This document shows, in pieces, positions 20,329 to 31,540 of a DNA stretch of 64,000 nucleotides (the first letter of the stretch is position 1; every line of letters begins with the position of its first letter). The position numbers and the translations under genes are program-made. The notes below the pieces were generated by a model, which was not told the DNA's origin, searched no databases, and saw nothing but the letters and a program-made list of their open reading frames with translations. Source of the stretch: Candidatus Poribacteria bacterium (GTDB lineage Bacteria > Poribacteria > WGA-4E > WGA-3G); contig OZ244048.1 in the NCBI GenBank assembly GCA_965215265.1, forward strand, positions 2,048,001 through 2,112,000, written 5' to 3'.

Positions 20329-21183
20329 TTAGAATGTATAGTCGCGGTGCTGAATCCGTAGGTCGAACGCATCACTCACTTCCCATGCCGGCATCTCTGC
20401 TGGCACATTGTAAGCGAACTGCTCAGTGTCGGATGAATATGGGTTCGTCCTCCGTTCGTGAAGTGCACGTTGGTAGAGTTTGCAGCGTTGAGTCAAAAAT
20501 TCGGGGTGCCACCATCTGTACGTCTCGTTCCACCGTGGTGTCCGCTGGTCAAAATAGATAACACGGCGCAGGGCATCACTCGTGTTAATTTTACTTCCGT
20601 GGAGAACCTTCGTATGATGAAGCAATATGTCTCCGGGCTCAACCTCAGCTGGCACCGCATCGGCACGCTCAAAGTTCGATTCACCTCTATCAATGATTTC
20701 CTGCGCCTCTTCAATGCCCCAGAGATGACTCTTCGGAATAACCCAAACACATCCATTATCTACAGTAGAACTATCAATATAGATATCAATGTTGAAGATA
20801 GGATGATTCTCTCGAATCGCATTGCCGTCACGGTGCCAGCGTACAGAGGAACCATGCCTGGGCAATTTGAATACAAGCGATTCGTAGCACGGAATGAAGT
20901 CCGGCCCGACTATCCGGTGTAGCAGATCTCCGATGAACGGATGTCCCAGCAACCGCATGGAAAACTCGTTTGGGTGAGAATGCAAGTACGTTAAATAGTA
21001 AGGAATCCCTTCGGGGCCACGGTTGCACCAGGCATCTGCCGGGCCCCCTGCCAAAATCTCGTCAATAAGCCGTTGGCTCTCTCCCTGCATGACAGCGAGC
21101 TCGTCGGACTGGATAACCTGTTTGAGGATAAGATACCCGTTATCATTGAAAAACTGAATTTCGTTGTCTGTAATCTTTCGCAT
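20329..21183 (-). CDS. Phytanoyl-CoA dioxygenase (PhyH) family protein
   Basis: FFNDNGYL, WHRD, NGCVWVIPKSH, LHGS, RR. Confidence 0.9.
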   Translation of the reverse strand: MRKITDNEIQFFNDNGYLILKQVIQSDELAVMQGESQRLIDEILAGGPADAWCNRGPEGIPYYLTYLHSHPNEFSMRLLGHPFIGDLLHRIVGPDFIPCYESLVFKLPRHGSSVRWHRDGNAIRENHPIFNIDIYIDSSTVDNGCVWVIPKSHLWGIEEAQEIIDRGESNFERADAVPAEVEPGDILLHHTKVLHGSKINTSDALRRVIYFDQRTPRWNETYRWWHPEFLTQRCKLYQRALHERRTNPYSSDTEQFAYNVPAEMPAWEVSDAFDLRIQHRDYTF

Positions 21184-21250
21184 TTTTTATAAAGTGCTCA
21201 AAAGTGATGTTTGACATCAAGTTAGGGATGTCCGCTTCACCAGAAACTTT

Positions 21251-22072
21251 CTAACCTATCCCGGTCGCGATTGCTGCATGCCAGTCTTCAACAAAGTGCT
21301 GGACAGACTGATATCTCAACCGTCGCTCCACTTTTATCGCCTTCTTGGCAACCCGCCAGAGTGCCTCGCTTCCTTTCCAATCTTCATGTGAATCGCTACT
21401 ATTAGCAAGTAACACGAATGCTGTTCGTCCAAGCATAAACACATTCGTGGTTGCATCAATCTGCTCGCCTTTTTGAAATTCTTCCGGGGCCATAAAACGG
21501 CTCGAGCCGTATAACCGCCCACGTTCGTTTATGAAAGGTGCCGCGTGATAATGGTCAAAATCAAAGAGGTGTACCTGCTTCTTCTCAAAATCATAAATGA
21601 TACACCCGTCATAAAAATCCTCGGCGATAAAACCCTTTTTTTCTATAAGCAGATGGACATCATAGATGACATTAAGCGCAGCGATAATTTCAATTGCCGG
21701 CAACGCACAGAACCTATCACGCGGATATATCTCACCAGGGCCGAGTTCTCTTTCAGGGCGCAGACTCTCTCCATCCACCCAATTGTAAACTAACGCGAAG
21801 CCTTCGCGTGTTATGAAGGAGTTATGCAACCGCGGGAGGGCATCGTGCTGGATAGCAGCGTGAAAGCGCACCGCCTGCTCGAGCCAGGTAATCGCTTGTG
21901 GAACATCACTATATTTAACGAACCACCGTTTCCCATTCACCTTGGCTCCGAACGAACGACATCCAGAGTCATGCTCCGGAAATCGATACGTAATTTCACC
22001 GATGCTATTCAGATATGATTCAATATCTGTATCAACCTGCTCAGTTTCCAGAAGGCTATATCGCACGGACAT
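21251..22072 (-). CDS. Protein kinase-like domain protein
   Basis: WFVK, AEDFYDGCIIY, FDFD, GSSRFMAPEE, TNVFMLG. Confidence 0.7.
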   Translation of the reverse strand: MSVRYSLLETEQVDTDIESYLNSIGEITYRFPEHDSGCRSFGAKVNGKRWFVKYSDVPQAITWLEQAVRFHAAIQHDALPRLHNSFITREGFALVYNWVDGESLRPERELGPGEIYPRDRFCALPAIEIIAALNVIYDVHLLIEKKGFIAEDFYDGCIIYDFEKKQVHLFDFDHYHAAPFINERGRLYGSSRFMAPEEFQKGEQIDATTNVFMLGRTAFVLLANSSDSHEDWKGSEALWRVAKKAIKVERRLRYQSVQHFVEDWHAAIATGIG

Positions 22073-22501
22073 GGCAGAAATCTTATCCCAATTTAGTTAC
22101 AAAAAATAGTATACCCTAAAAATTCAAAAAAGTCACGTCTTTTCTAATTTTTTACCTTTTTACCTTCTGCCCCCTAAACCGCTAAACTATTAGAGCGTAG
22201 GCTAAAGATAAGATGTCATATCCGATAACAGCCTGAGGCCGTCAAAACTTGCACTCGCCAAAATCGTACCATCATGGCGAAAACGTGAGTGTCTGAACGT
22301 CAGTTATTCAGTGAGGCGAATGCAGAATCGCGCGCAGGTTTAAATCTTCTGGCCGCCACACATTTGGAGTTGCACACGAAAACAGCTTAACTCAAAATTT
22401 TGGCATACAAGAAACTTGACACACAATCCTATATAGTATACTATAGTATACCATGAAACCTCGCAAAAACTAAAATTTTCTTGACACTTAAGGACCTCTT
22501 T

Positions 22502-23020
22502 ATGCGACAAAACCTTTTTGTACCCAATAAAATGTCTTATGCCAGAGGAAAAAACAGACCCGATGTTGCATGTATCTTGTGCGCAATCGTTGAAGGCAGT
22601 GAAAAAGTGGAACGGCTTGAGGTGCATCGAACACAACTGTTTACGATTTCACTCAACCTTTATCCATACAGCCCCGGACATCTCGTGATTTTTCCCAATC
22701 GCCATCTGCTTGATGTACGCCAGTTAAACTCCGATGAGGTAAAAGAACTTCACGAACTCCAGTGCCTCAGCGTTGAGATTTTGGGACAGCTGTATCAGCC
22801 TCGCGGTTACAACGTTGGCTATAACATGGGTGAGGCATCTGGTGCCAGTATTGCACATCTACATCTGCACGTTGTTCCACGCTATGCACGCGAATTAGGG
22901 TTTATAGATGTTATCAGTGGTGCAAGGATTATCATTGAAGACCCGAACACGACACAAGAAAAATTACAGCAGGCATTTCAAGAACTCGCAAAAACACCCG
23001 CAAGGAAACTAATGGACTAA
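22502..23020 (+). CDS. HIT family hydrolase
   Basis: CILC, LNLYPYSPGH, GASIAHLHLHVVPR; AAGGA RBS before ATG 22502. Confidence 0.92.
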   Translation: MRQNLFVPNKMSYARGKNRPDVACILCAIVEGSEKVERLEVHRTQLFTISLNLYPYSPGHLVIFPNRHLLDVRQLNSDEVKELHELQCLSVEILGQLYQPRGYNVGYNMGEASGASIAHLHLHVVPRYARELGFIDVISGARIIIEDPNTTQEKLQQAFQELAKTPARKLMD

Positions 23021-24181
23021 CGTCGCGCCACACGGACGCGGTGCTACAGGTCGGATCAGTGACTTCTCGTAGGAATGATATGCTAATTCCGCTAAGTGCG
23101 GCGTTTCAATCCGAATCTGACCTTGATACCGCGAGCGCATGACTGCATCAAGGATGCCCGTTGTCAAGAGCGTCCGTTCCACAGGGTACTGTGGAGTCCC
23201 TGTCACCAACATCTCCTCAATGTTGCGGCTCAAATAACTAAAATGGGCATGCGGCGGTCCATTTTGTAGATAAAACTCGGTAGCGTAAGTTGTACTGTCC
23301 ACCATTCCTGCATAAGCAAAATCAGTAACATAACCGTTCAACATCAACACAGCAGAACAGAATCCATCCCGATGCTCTATAAAAAACAGGGCTGGATTCG
23401 CACAGCCTTCTGCCATGCTACCCTCCGGTCTGTTTTCAATTTGCGCACACGCCGCCCCTGCTAATGCTTGCGACGATTTTCCAAATTCGCTCGCTTCCCA
23501 GACTGCGTCTCCCTCCAAGCATTGTACAGCAACTACCCCGGATTCGCCACCACGCCGACGTTCAATCATGCACTGTAATGTCTCAAGTGCATGGAATCCA
23601 TAAGACTCTATGCCACCATAACCAATACCGATAGCTGCTTCTAACGGAATTTCAAGCGGATGCTCAAGGAAAGGTTTCCGCCAACAGAGCGGCAACGAAG
23701 AACCTGCCATGAAAGGGATATTCAACTCCTTCGCGCGTTGATACATCCAATTTGCATCGGTCCAATTGTAAGCGAGGTGTTTATCACAAAATACCGGCAC
23801 TGAACGTCCGCTTGACGCAAATACACCACAAATTTGCTCAAACATATAGCGGCGCGGATACATGTGCTGTCCCAGTTCATTATGCGGATAATCACCGTGT
23901 TCCGCGATAAGTAATACGCCATCAACAGCGAGTTCATCGCCACCCAGTGTCAGCGCTTGCCGAATACTCGGGTATATTGGTACGTTATGTTCAGCAGCCA
24001 ATCCTAGGCCGATGTCTCGCGAATCTACTTGATCGAAGTAGATCGAAGCTAGTTCGACACGTGGTACCCGATGCCCTTCATCTGTCGGAAATCCGTTCAT
24101 GAATTTCGTAACTATCACATCTGCATGAGAATGGACAAAATACGTAGTAATGATTGCGGCAATTTTCTTCTTATTATTCAT
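23009..24181 (-). CDS. Conserved hypothetical protein, Gfo/Idh/MocA-like fold
   Basis: SHADVI, DGVLLIAEHGDYP, VFCDKHL, MAGSSLP, YGFHALE. Confidence 0.7.
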   Translation of the reverse strand: MNNKKKIAAIITTYFVHSHADVIVTKFMNGFPTDEGHRVPRVELASIYFDQVDSRDIGLGLAAEHNVPIYPSIRQALTLGGDELAVDGVLLIAEHGDYPHNELGQHMYPRRYMFEQICGVFASSGRSVPVFCDKHLAYNWTDANWMYQRAKELNIPFMAGSSLPLCWRKPFLEHPLEIPLEAAIGIGYGGIESYGFHALETLQCMIERRRGGESGVVAVQCLEGDAVWEASEFGKSSQALAGAACAQIENRPEGSMAEGCANPALFFIEHRDGFCSAVLMLNGYVTDFAYAGMVDSTTYATEFYLQNGPPHAHFSYLSRNIEEMLVTGTPQYPVERTLLTTGILDAVMRSRYQGQIRIETPHLAELAYHSYEKSLIRPVAPRPCGATLVH

Positions 24182-24254
24182 TGCGATTTCTTCCACAAAC
24201 CCTACGGCGAAACACTTAGGTTAAAATAACGGGTTTAACAAACAATCCAACAAC

Positions 24255-25133
24255 TTACCTGACGATTTCTGTACCTATTCCGCCTTCGGTAAAGATTTCC
24301 AGCAAAAGCGAATGCAAAATCCTGCCATCTATGATATGTGTCTTATCCACACCTCCGGCAAGAGCCGTCATACAAGCTTCGACCTTTGGGAGCATACCGC
24401 CGGCGATGAGCCCCTTCTTAATTAAGGATTCAATTTCTTTGAGATGGATGGTTGGCATCAGCGATGTCTTATCCGCTACATCTCGTAAAATTCCGCGAGT
24501 ATCTGTCAACACAATCAGTTTCTCCGCTTGGAGTGCCGCTGCAATCTCCCCGGCCATGGTATCCGCATTGATGTTATAGGTTTGCCCATCATCTCCAATT
24601 CCGTTCGGTGCAATAACCGGAATATATCCTGCTTTATCAAGGGTAATAATCGGTTCGGTGTTAATACCGACAATCTTTCCGACAAATCCTAAGTCAATTG
24701 TAGTCTGGTGCCCGTTTTCATCAGTAGCATGTATCTCCTGTTTCTCAGCAACAATCAGGTTGGCATCTTTTCCGGAGAGTCCAATAGCTTTGCCGCCGTG
24801 TTGGTTGATACGCGCAACAATTCCTTTGTTGATTGAACCGGCGAGTACCATTTCGGCAATTTCAACGGTTTCGGCATCCGTTACACGTAAACCCTGCACA
24901 AATTCGGCTGCTTTCCCTAACTTATCCATCCATGAACTGATTCGCGGACCGCCGCCGTGGACGACAATAGGACGCATGCCGACATACTTCATCAACACAA
25001 TATCTTCCATAACGGAGTGGATAAGCGTGTCTTCCTCCATTGCAGCCCCGCCATATTTGATGACAATGCGCCGGTCGTAAAACCGCCGGATATAAGGCAG
25101 TGCTTCTATCAGAACCTCAGCAGTTCTATCCAT
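24255..25133 (-). CDS. argB: Acetylglutamate kinase
   Basis: VIKYGGAAM, VHGGGP, GLRVTD, YNINAD, GGMLPKV. Confidence 0.96.
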   Translation of the reverse strand: MDRTAEVLIEALPYIRRFYDRRIVIKYGGAAMEEDTLIHSVMEDIVLMKYVGMRPIVVHGGGPRISSWMDKLGKAAEFVQGLRVTDAETVEIAEMVLAGSINKGIVARINQHGGKAIGLSGKDANLIVAEKQEIHATDENGHQTTIDLGFVGKIVGINTEPIITLDKAGYIPVIAPNGIGDDGQTYNINADTMAGEIAAALQAEKLIVLTDTRGILRDVADKTSLMPTIHLKEIESLIKKGLIAGGMLPKVEACMTALAGGVDKTHIIDGRILHSLLLEIFTEGGIGTEIVR

Positions 25134-25532
25134 GCTATTCTGTTAAATCCTCCGGGGATCGCTTTGTTGTAGGCAACTTTTTGATTCCAAACGACACAAC
25201 AAATTAAAACAAAAAAAACCTATTCTCACTCTGCAACATATCACCTTGAAGTCTCGTTCAGATAAGTTGTGGTAAACTTATATAGGTATAATACCATATC
25301 CTTAGCGCTTAAGTCAAATTTATTTTGTTTAACTCAAAAATGTTCTGGCAATTCGCATAAATATCTGCTATAATTTTTTTTAGAGTAACAATTTGTTGTG
25401 TTTTTCATACGCTTCTTCTGACATAATAGATAGTTCCGCCGCCCCGGATATTACAAGCGGCGGAACATGCCTGAAGCTAAACCGTTGAACAGACTGGACG
25501 CGAGGCTTATTTGACATAAGAAACCACACAAC

Positions 25533-26657
25533 GTGAAGAAACGGAAAATTCTTATTCTCTGTATTGATGCAGGGAGCCACGACTATTTCGCCGCAAGCGA
25601 TATCCCTAATATCCGAAAATTAGCGGAAGCAGGCTTTTATCGACACGTGAACGCGGTGATTCCATCTGTTACAAATGTCAACAATGTAAGCATCGCAACC
25701 GGGACATTTCCAGAAATGCACGGCATCACGACAAATTATCACGTAGATCGACAGACAGGAGAAGGCACGTTTATTGAAGATAACCGTTTTCTGCTTACGC
25801 CGACACTGTTTGAAATCGCCAAAACTACCGGATTTGCAGACTCTACAGCACTGTTTGTGACGAAGAAAAAATTATTGGCGCTACTCGCCGCCGGTGCCGA
25901 TATCGCTGTTGCTGCCGAAGAACCACCGCCTGAATACGTTCATGCCGCCGGCACCCCTGAAATGATTTATTCGGTCGAAATCAACTGGTGGTTACTCCGT
26001 GCACTCCGCTATATGCTACGAAAACAGGATGCCGACTTTGTCTACTGTTCGACAACCGATTGGGTACAACATAAATATCCGCCTGAGGCAGAACTTGCTC
26101 AACAGCACATGGCTGGACTTGATCGGATTATCGGTGATATTGTTGACGACGAACCCAATCGTGAGATTTATATCACTGCTGACCACGGTATGCTGTCTAA
26201 AACCGCCGCGCTCGATCCGGGACGTTGGCTCAGCGAAAACGGCATCCCTGCAAGTGCCATTCCAATTATTAAGGACCGGTACGTTGCACACCACAACAAC
26301 TTAGGGGGTGCCGCCTACGTTTTTCTCGAAAATCAATCTCATAAAAAAGAGAAAGATATTGAACAGGCAGTACTGACGCTTCAGTCCGCAAGCGGCGTTG
26401 AAGAAGTCTATCCGGCTGAAGAAGCTGCACGTAAATTTCGCCTGCATCCAGCACGTATCGGGGACATTTTTGTACTCGCAGACGAAAACACAGTCTTCGG
26501 TGAACTGGATGTGGCAGAGAAGTCTATTGCTGTGCGCTCACACGGCTCACGCCATGAAAGCTACGTACCGCTCATCGGCTATAACAGCCCTTGGTCGGCA
26601 ATCGATTTTGAATACAACCTTGATGTTGGAAAACGCTTTTTAGAAAGCCTGGCATAG
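25533..26657 (+). CDS. phnA: Phosphonoacetate hydrolase-like alkaline phosphatase superfamily protein
   Basis: CID, PSVTNVNNVSIATG, TTDWVQHK, TADHGM, RIGD, RSHG. Confidence 0.7.
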   Translation: MKKRKILILCIDAGSHDYFAASDIPNIRKLAEAGFYRHVNAVIPSVTNVNNVSIATGTFPEMHGITTNYHVDRQTGEGTFIEDNRFLLTPTLFEIAKTTGFADSTALFVTKKKLLALLAAGADIAVAAEEPPPEYVHAAGTPEMIYSVEINWWLLRALRYMLRKQDADFVYCSTTDWVQHKYPPEAELAQQHMAGLDRIIGDIVDDEPNREIYITADHGMLSKTAALDPGRWLSENGIPASAIPIIKDRYVAHHNNLGGAAYVFLENQSHKKEKDIEQAVLTLQSASGVEEVYPAEEAARKFRLHPARIGDIFVLADENTVFGELDVAEKSIAVRSHGSRHESYVPLIGYNSPWSAIDFEYNLDVGKRFLESLA

Positions 26658-26803
26658 GCAGGATGGTTCAACCTTCTAGCGTAATACAAAGGTATAAGCG
26701 AAAAATCCGCCAATAGGGCGGGGGCGGCACCAGAAAGAGCATGTCCAATGGACAGGACAATGTACCTTATCCGTTCTGAAGGACAAAAACCGAAGGAGAA
26801 AAA

Positions 26804-27412
26804 ATGTTAACGACAAAAGAGCAAAATGAGGGGTGGATTTCCCTATTCGACGGCGAAACCCTGGATGGATGGGGAACCACCGGAAAAAGTGAAGGCTGGA
26901 TAGTTGATGATGGAAGCATCCTTTGCACCGTTCAAGGCGGAAAGTACCTTCATACGCATAAACAATTTGATAATTTTATCTTGTCACTTGATTTTAAAAC
27001 CGAACCGAAGGTTAACAGCGGTATCTTCGTACGATGGGCAGACCTGGACGACCCGGTACAGAGTGGTCTGGAAATTCAGATTTTAGATACACACGGTAAG
27101 GCACCGGCCGATAGCCATGACTGCGGCGCACTCTACGACGCGCTGGGACCGACCCGCAATACGTGTAAACCTGCAGGCGAATGGAATTCAATGAGCATCA
27201 GATGTGACGCAAATATCATCACCGTTGAGCTCAACTGCGAAGAAATCGTCCGTGCAGACTTGGATTCATGGGATACACCGCATCAGAACCCCGACGGAAG
27301 TCGGAACAAATTCGGTATCGCACTTAAAGAGTTTCCACGCAATGGATACATCGGCATCCAAGACCACGGGGGAAAAATTTGGTGCCGAAATATCAAAATC
27401 AAGCCGCTGTAA
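26804..27412 (+). CDS. DUF1080 (3-keto-disaccharide hydrolase-like) protein
   Basis: GWISLFDGETLDGW, NSGIF, EIQILD, GEWN, GYIGIQDHG, RNIKIK. Confidence 0.9.
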   Translation: MLTTKEQNEGWISLFDGETLDGWGTTGKSEGWIVDDGSILCTVQGGKYLHTHKQFDNFILSLDFKTEPKVNSGIFVRWADLDDPVQSGLEIQILDTHGKAPADSHDCGALYDALGPTRNTCKPAGEWNSMSIRCDANIITVELNCEEIVRADLDSWDTPHQNPDGSRNKFGIALKEFPRNGYIGIQDHGGKIWCRNIKIKPL

Positions 27413-27450
27413 ACAGAACCCACGCTGTTAGTGTTGTTCGCAACGTTTTC

Positions 27451-27476
27451 GGGCGGGACACGGACTCTCGCCCTAC
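27451..27476. repeat. REP-like GTAG palindrome
   Basis: Minus strand GTAGGGCGAGAGTCCGTGTCCCGCCC. Confidence 0.45.
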
Positions 27477-27540
27477 TATATCATAGTAAACAAAGCATCC
27501 AGGCACAATACATTACAAAGTGTGCTATACTTTTTAAATT

Positions 27541-29346
27541 ATGGCAAAAAATCTTCAAAGCATCCGAAATTTTTGTATTTTAGGGCACATCGACCACGGA
27601 AAAAGCACACTGAGCGACCGGCTGCTAGAATATACCAATACCCTTGCTGAACGTAAAATGCGAGATCAGGTTCTCGACTTGATGGAGCTCGAACGGGAAC
27701 GCGGTATTACCATTAAAGCCACTGCCGCTAAGCTGCATTACCGGGCCGTTGATGGAACTTTATATCAACTCAACTTGATTGATACACCCGGGCACGTCGA
27801 CTTCACCTATGAGGTCTCCCGAAGCCTCGCCGCATGTGAAGGCGCGATTTTAATTGTCGACGCAGCACAAGGTGTCCAAGCCCAAACGTTGGCAAACGCC
27901 TACCTGGCTATTGATAACGAACTGGAAATTATCCCGGTTATCAATAAAATAGATCTCCCCACCGCGCGCCCCGATGAAGCCAAACGCCAAATCCAAGAAG
28001 TTGTAGGTATCCCCGGAGACGACGCTCTGCTTGTCAGTGCAAAAGTAGGTACCGGGATTCCAGCCATCTTAGAGGCAATCATAAACCGCATTCCGCCCCC
28101 AAACGGACAAACCCAAGAACCCCTCAAGGCACTCGTTGTCGATTCTATATACAATAATTATCGCGGTGTCATTATGTACATCCGGATCTTCGATGGCAGC
28201 GTCAAACCAGGACAGAAAATTAAACTCATGGAGGCCAAACGTACTTATGAGGTTGAAGAAGTCGGCATTTTTACGCCTGAAATGCAACCCACATCTGAAC
28301 TTCTCACCGGAGCCGTGGGATATCTTATCGCAGGAATCCGCGAAATTGACAAGGCAAAAATTGGCGATACCATCACACATCACGCAAAACCTACATCAAT
28401 ACCCCTACCCGGGTACCGCGAGATGAAACCACTCGTATTTAGTGGACTCTATCCAGCAGACACCAATCAATTTCAAACGCTGCGTGAAGCACTCGATAAA
28501 CTTCGACTTAACGACTCCTCATTCAACTTTGAACCTGAGACATCCGTCGCGCTCGGTTTTGGGTTCCGGTGCGGTTTTTTAGGATTACTCCACATGGAAA
28601 TTATACATGAACGGCTCGAACGGGAATTCGGACTCGCACTCGTCCGAACCGCACCAAGCGTTATGTACCGCGTTTACCAAAAATCTGGAGAATGCATAGA
28701 TATCGATAACCCTGCACACCTTCCAGAACTTCAGCACATTGAACAAATTGAGGAACCGCATGTCAATATAGACATCATCGTGCCGCGCGAATATATTGGA
28801 AATGCAATGGAACTTTGTCAAAAGCGAAGGGGTGTATATAAGCGAATGAATCAATTGGATGCACAACGGGTTCAATTGCTTTATCAACTTCCGCTGAGTG
28901 AAATGCTTACCGATTTTTATCCAAAACTCAAGTCACTCACGCGCGGATACGGCTCTTTGGAATACGACATCGGCGATTATAAAGCCGCAGATTTGGTGAA
29001 ACTCGATCTGCTACTCAACGGCAAGTCTGTCGATGCTTTTTCTACCATTCTGCCTCGCGATATGGCTGAGTCACGCGGGAAAACCTTAGTCAATAAACTA
29101 AAGGAGTTAATTCCCCGGCAGATGTTTGAGGTGCCGATCCAAGCTGCAATTGGCAACAAAATTGTCGCACGCGAAACGGTACGTCCGATCCGAAAAAATG
29201 TCACTGCCAAATGCTACGGCGGCGATATCACACGAAAGCGGAAATTGCTGGAAAAACAGAGACAAGGCAAAAAACGGCTCAAACAGATTGGGAACGTTGA
29301 TGTACCCCAAGAGGCTTTCACAGCGATGTTAGAAATTGACGAATAA
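27541..29346 (+). CDS. lepA: Elongation factor 4
   Basis: [46 protein letters not shown]. Confidence 0.98.
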   Translation: MAKNLQSIRNFCILGHIDHGKSTLSDRLLEYTNTLAERKMRDQVLDLMELERERGITIKATAAKLHYRAVDGTLYQLNLIDTPGHVDFTYEVSRSLAACEGAILIVDAAQGVQAQTLANAYLAIDNELEIIPVINKIDLPTARPDEAKRQIQEVVGIPGDDALLVSAKVGTGIPAILEAIINRIPPPNGQTQEPLKALVVDSIYNNYRGVIMYIRIFDGSVKPGQKIKLMEAKRTYEVEEVGIFTPEMQPTSELLTGAVGYLIAGIREIDKAKIGDTITHHAKPTSIPLPGYREMKPLVFSGLYPADTNQFQTLREALDKLRLNDSSFNFEPETSVALGFGFRCGFLGLLHMEIIHERLEREFGLALVRTAPSVMYRVYQKSGECIDIDNPAHLPELQHIEQIEEPHVNIDIIVPREYIGNAMELCQKRRGVYKRMNQLDAQRVQLLYQLPLSEMLTDFYPKLKSLTRGYGSLEYDIGDYKAADLVKLDLLLNGKSVDAFSTILPRDMAESRGKTLVNKLKELIPRQMFEVPIQAAIGNKIVARETVRPIRKNVTAKCYGGDITRKRKLLEKQRQGKKRLKQIGNVDVPQEAFTAMLEIDE

Positions 29347-29428
29347 ACTCGCACGCAAAAAAAACACTGAGGAGATCGATAAGTACTCGTTTACACCAAC
29401 TCAGCCTCATCCCTATTACCTAAAAAAA

Positions 29429-29457
29429 TTGACATTAATCAGGAATTCTGATAGACT
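29429..29457 (+). promoter_or_regulatory. Sigma70-like promoter upstream of lepB copy 1
   Basis: TTGACA-17 nt-TAGACT with extended TG. Confidence 0.65.
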
Positions 29458-29690
29458 TTAAATAAAGGAGATATGCTGTTTTTTATACACGGTAAATTCC
29501 TGATGCCTATTGCTACATCTAGTACTAAGCAAATTTCAACATATCCTCACATTGCAAAACACGAACGGTGTGGGGAATCTGATAAATTATAAGTGCGGCC
29601 CCGTCTATAGAAAGTTATAGCCGCTAACCTAAAAAGTCAATAGTACCTAAAAAGAGAGGAATAAGCCGTTTCATCAACGGCAACTTTGGC

Positions 29691-30461
29691 ATGGATACTC
29701 ACTCAAAATGGCAAAAATTTAAAAGCACTGTTTTCTGGGAATATACACAGGTTATCGTTGTTGCACTGATTCTCGTTTTTGGCTTTATACGTCCATTTGT
29801 TGTTGAAGCATTTAAAATTCCTTCAGGTTCCATGGAGGACACGCTTCTTATCGGTGACCGGATCTTGGTGTGCAAGTTTATATACGGTGTGAAAGTCCCC
29901 GGCACCGACATAAAGGTTTTCGATTTTCATAAGCCTGCACGGGGCGATGTGTTCGTTTTTATTCCCCCGCACGACAGAGAAAGAAATTTCATCAAACGCA
30001 TCGTAGCCGTTGAAGGCGATACCGTCGAAACACGCGGAGATACACTCTACGTTAACGGTAAAGCCGTTGACGATAGCGGCTATACCAAACACTTGGCGTT
30101 CAGCCGTTTTAGTAGAGGCGACTTCCCACCTTTTCGAGAGCCTCAGCATCTTCCGGAGGGGGACGCATTTGCTGACTATACTCTCACAACGAGTCAGTTT
30201 AATCGGCGATTTCCCGCAGGGAAGCCGTTCACCGTTCCTAAAGGCATGGTGTTCGCCATGGGCGATAATCGGGACCAGAGTAGCGATAGCCGCACGTGGG
30301 GACCGGTGGACGTAGAAGACATTAAAGGGCAAGCGTTCATGATTTACTGGTCATTTGCCAATCGTCCCGCAAAACTTTGGGAAATCTGGAAGATGGTAGA
30401 AAATGTGCGATTCAACCGAATCGGTAAATTAATCCACTCGGAACCCGGAACGACTGAATGA
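29691..30461 (+). CDS. lepB: Signal peptidase I, copy 1
   Basis: IPSGSMEDTL (catalytic Ser), RGD, FIKRI (catalytic Lys), GDNRDQSSDSR. Confidence 0.95.
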   Translation: MDTHSKWQKFKSTVFWEYTQVIVVALILVFGFIRPFVVEAFKIPSGSMEDTLLIGDRILVCKFIYGVKVPGTDIKVFDFHKPARGDVFVFIPPHDRERNFIKRIVAVEGDTVETRGDTLYVNGKAVDDSGYTKHLAFSRFSRGDFPPFREPQHLPEGDAFADYTLTTSQFNRRFPAGKPFTVPKGMVFAMGDNRDQSSDSRTWGPVDVEDIKGQAFMIYWSFANRPAKLWEIWKMVENVRFNRIGKLIHSEPGTTE

Positions 30462-30741
30462 TGGGACTTCTTGAACAAGCGGGTTTATAGTTATGCAACA
30501 TAGGAATTCTGATAGACTTTAAATAAAGGAGATATGCTGTTTTTTTATACACGGTAAAATCCTGATGCCTATTGCTACATCCTACATATAGGACTAAGTA
30601 AATTTCAACACATCCTCACATTGCAAAACACGAACGGGGTGGGGAATCTAATAAATCGTAAGTGCGGCCCCGTCTATAGAAAGTTATAGCCGCTAACCTA
30701 AAAAGAGAGGAATAAGCCGTTTCATCAACGGCAACTTTGGC

Positions 30742-31509
30742 ATGGATACTCACTCAAAATGGCAAAAATTTAAAAGCACTGTTTTCTGGGAATATACACA
30801 GGTTATCGTTGTTGCACTGATTCTCGTTTTTGGCTTTATACGTCCATGTGTTGTTGAAGCATTTAGAATTCCTTCAGGTTCCATGGAGGACACGCTTCTC
30901 ATCGGTGACCAGATTCTGGTGTGCAAGTTTATATACGGTGTGAAAGTCCCCGGCACCGACATAAAGGTTTTCGATTTTCATAAGCCTGCACGGGGCGATG
31001 TGTTCGTTTTTATTCCCCCGCACGACAGAGAAAACTTCATCAAACGCATCGTAGCCGTTGAAGGCGATACCGTCGAAACACGCGGAGATATACTCTACGT
31101 TAACGGTAAAGCCGTTGACGATAGCCACTATACCAAACACTTGGCGTTCAGCCGTTTTAGTAGAGGCGACTTCCCACCTTTTCGAGAGCCTCAACATCTT
31201 CCGGAGGGGGACGCATTTGCTGACTATACTCTCACAACGAGTCAGTTTAAACGGCGATTTCCCGTAGGGAAGCCGTTCACCGTTCCTAAAGGCATGGTGT
31301 TCGCCATGGGCGATAATCGGGACCAGAGTAGCGATAGCCGCACGTGGGGACCGGTGGACGTAGAAAACATTAAAGGGCAAGCGTTCATGATTTACTGGTC
31401 ATTTGCCAATCGTCCCGCAAAACTTTGGGAAATCTGGAAGATGGTAGAAAATGTGCGATTCAACCGAATCGGTAAATTAATCCACTCGGAACCCGGAACG
31501 ACTGAATGA
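30742..31509 (+). CDS. lepB: Signal peptidase I, copy 2
   Basis: Same motifs as copy 1; 8 substitutions and a 1-codon deletion relative to it. Confidence 0.9.
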   Translation: MDTHSKWQKFKSTVFWEYTQVIVVALILVFGFIRPCVVEAFRIPSGSMEDTLLIGDQILVCKFIYGVKVPGTDIKVFDFHKPARGDVFVFIPPHDRENFIKRIVAVEGDTVETRGDILYVNGKAVDDSHYTKHLAFSRFSRGDFPPFREPQHLPEGDAFADYTLTTSQFKRRFPVGKPFTVPKGMVFAMGDNRDQSSDSRTWGPVDVENIKGQAFMIYWSFANRPAKLWEIWKMVENVRFNRIGKLIHSEPGTTE

Positions 31510-31540
31510 TGGGACTTCTTGAACAAGCGGGTTTATAGTT

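Noticed and set aside
29473-29592. 39 aa small ORF in the lepB leader after AAGGAG
   Set aside because: SD spacing is only 2 nt, and the second copy is frameshifted by an extra T; no support for coding.
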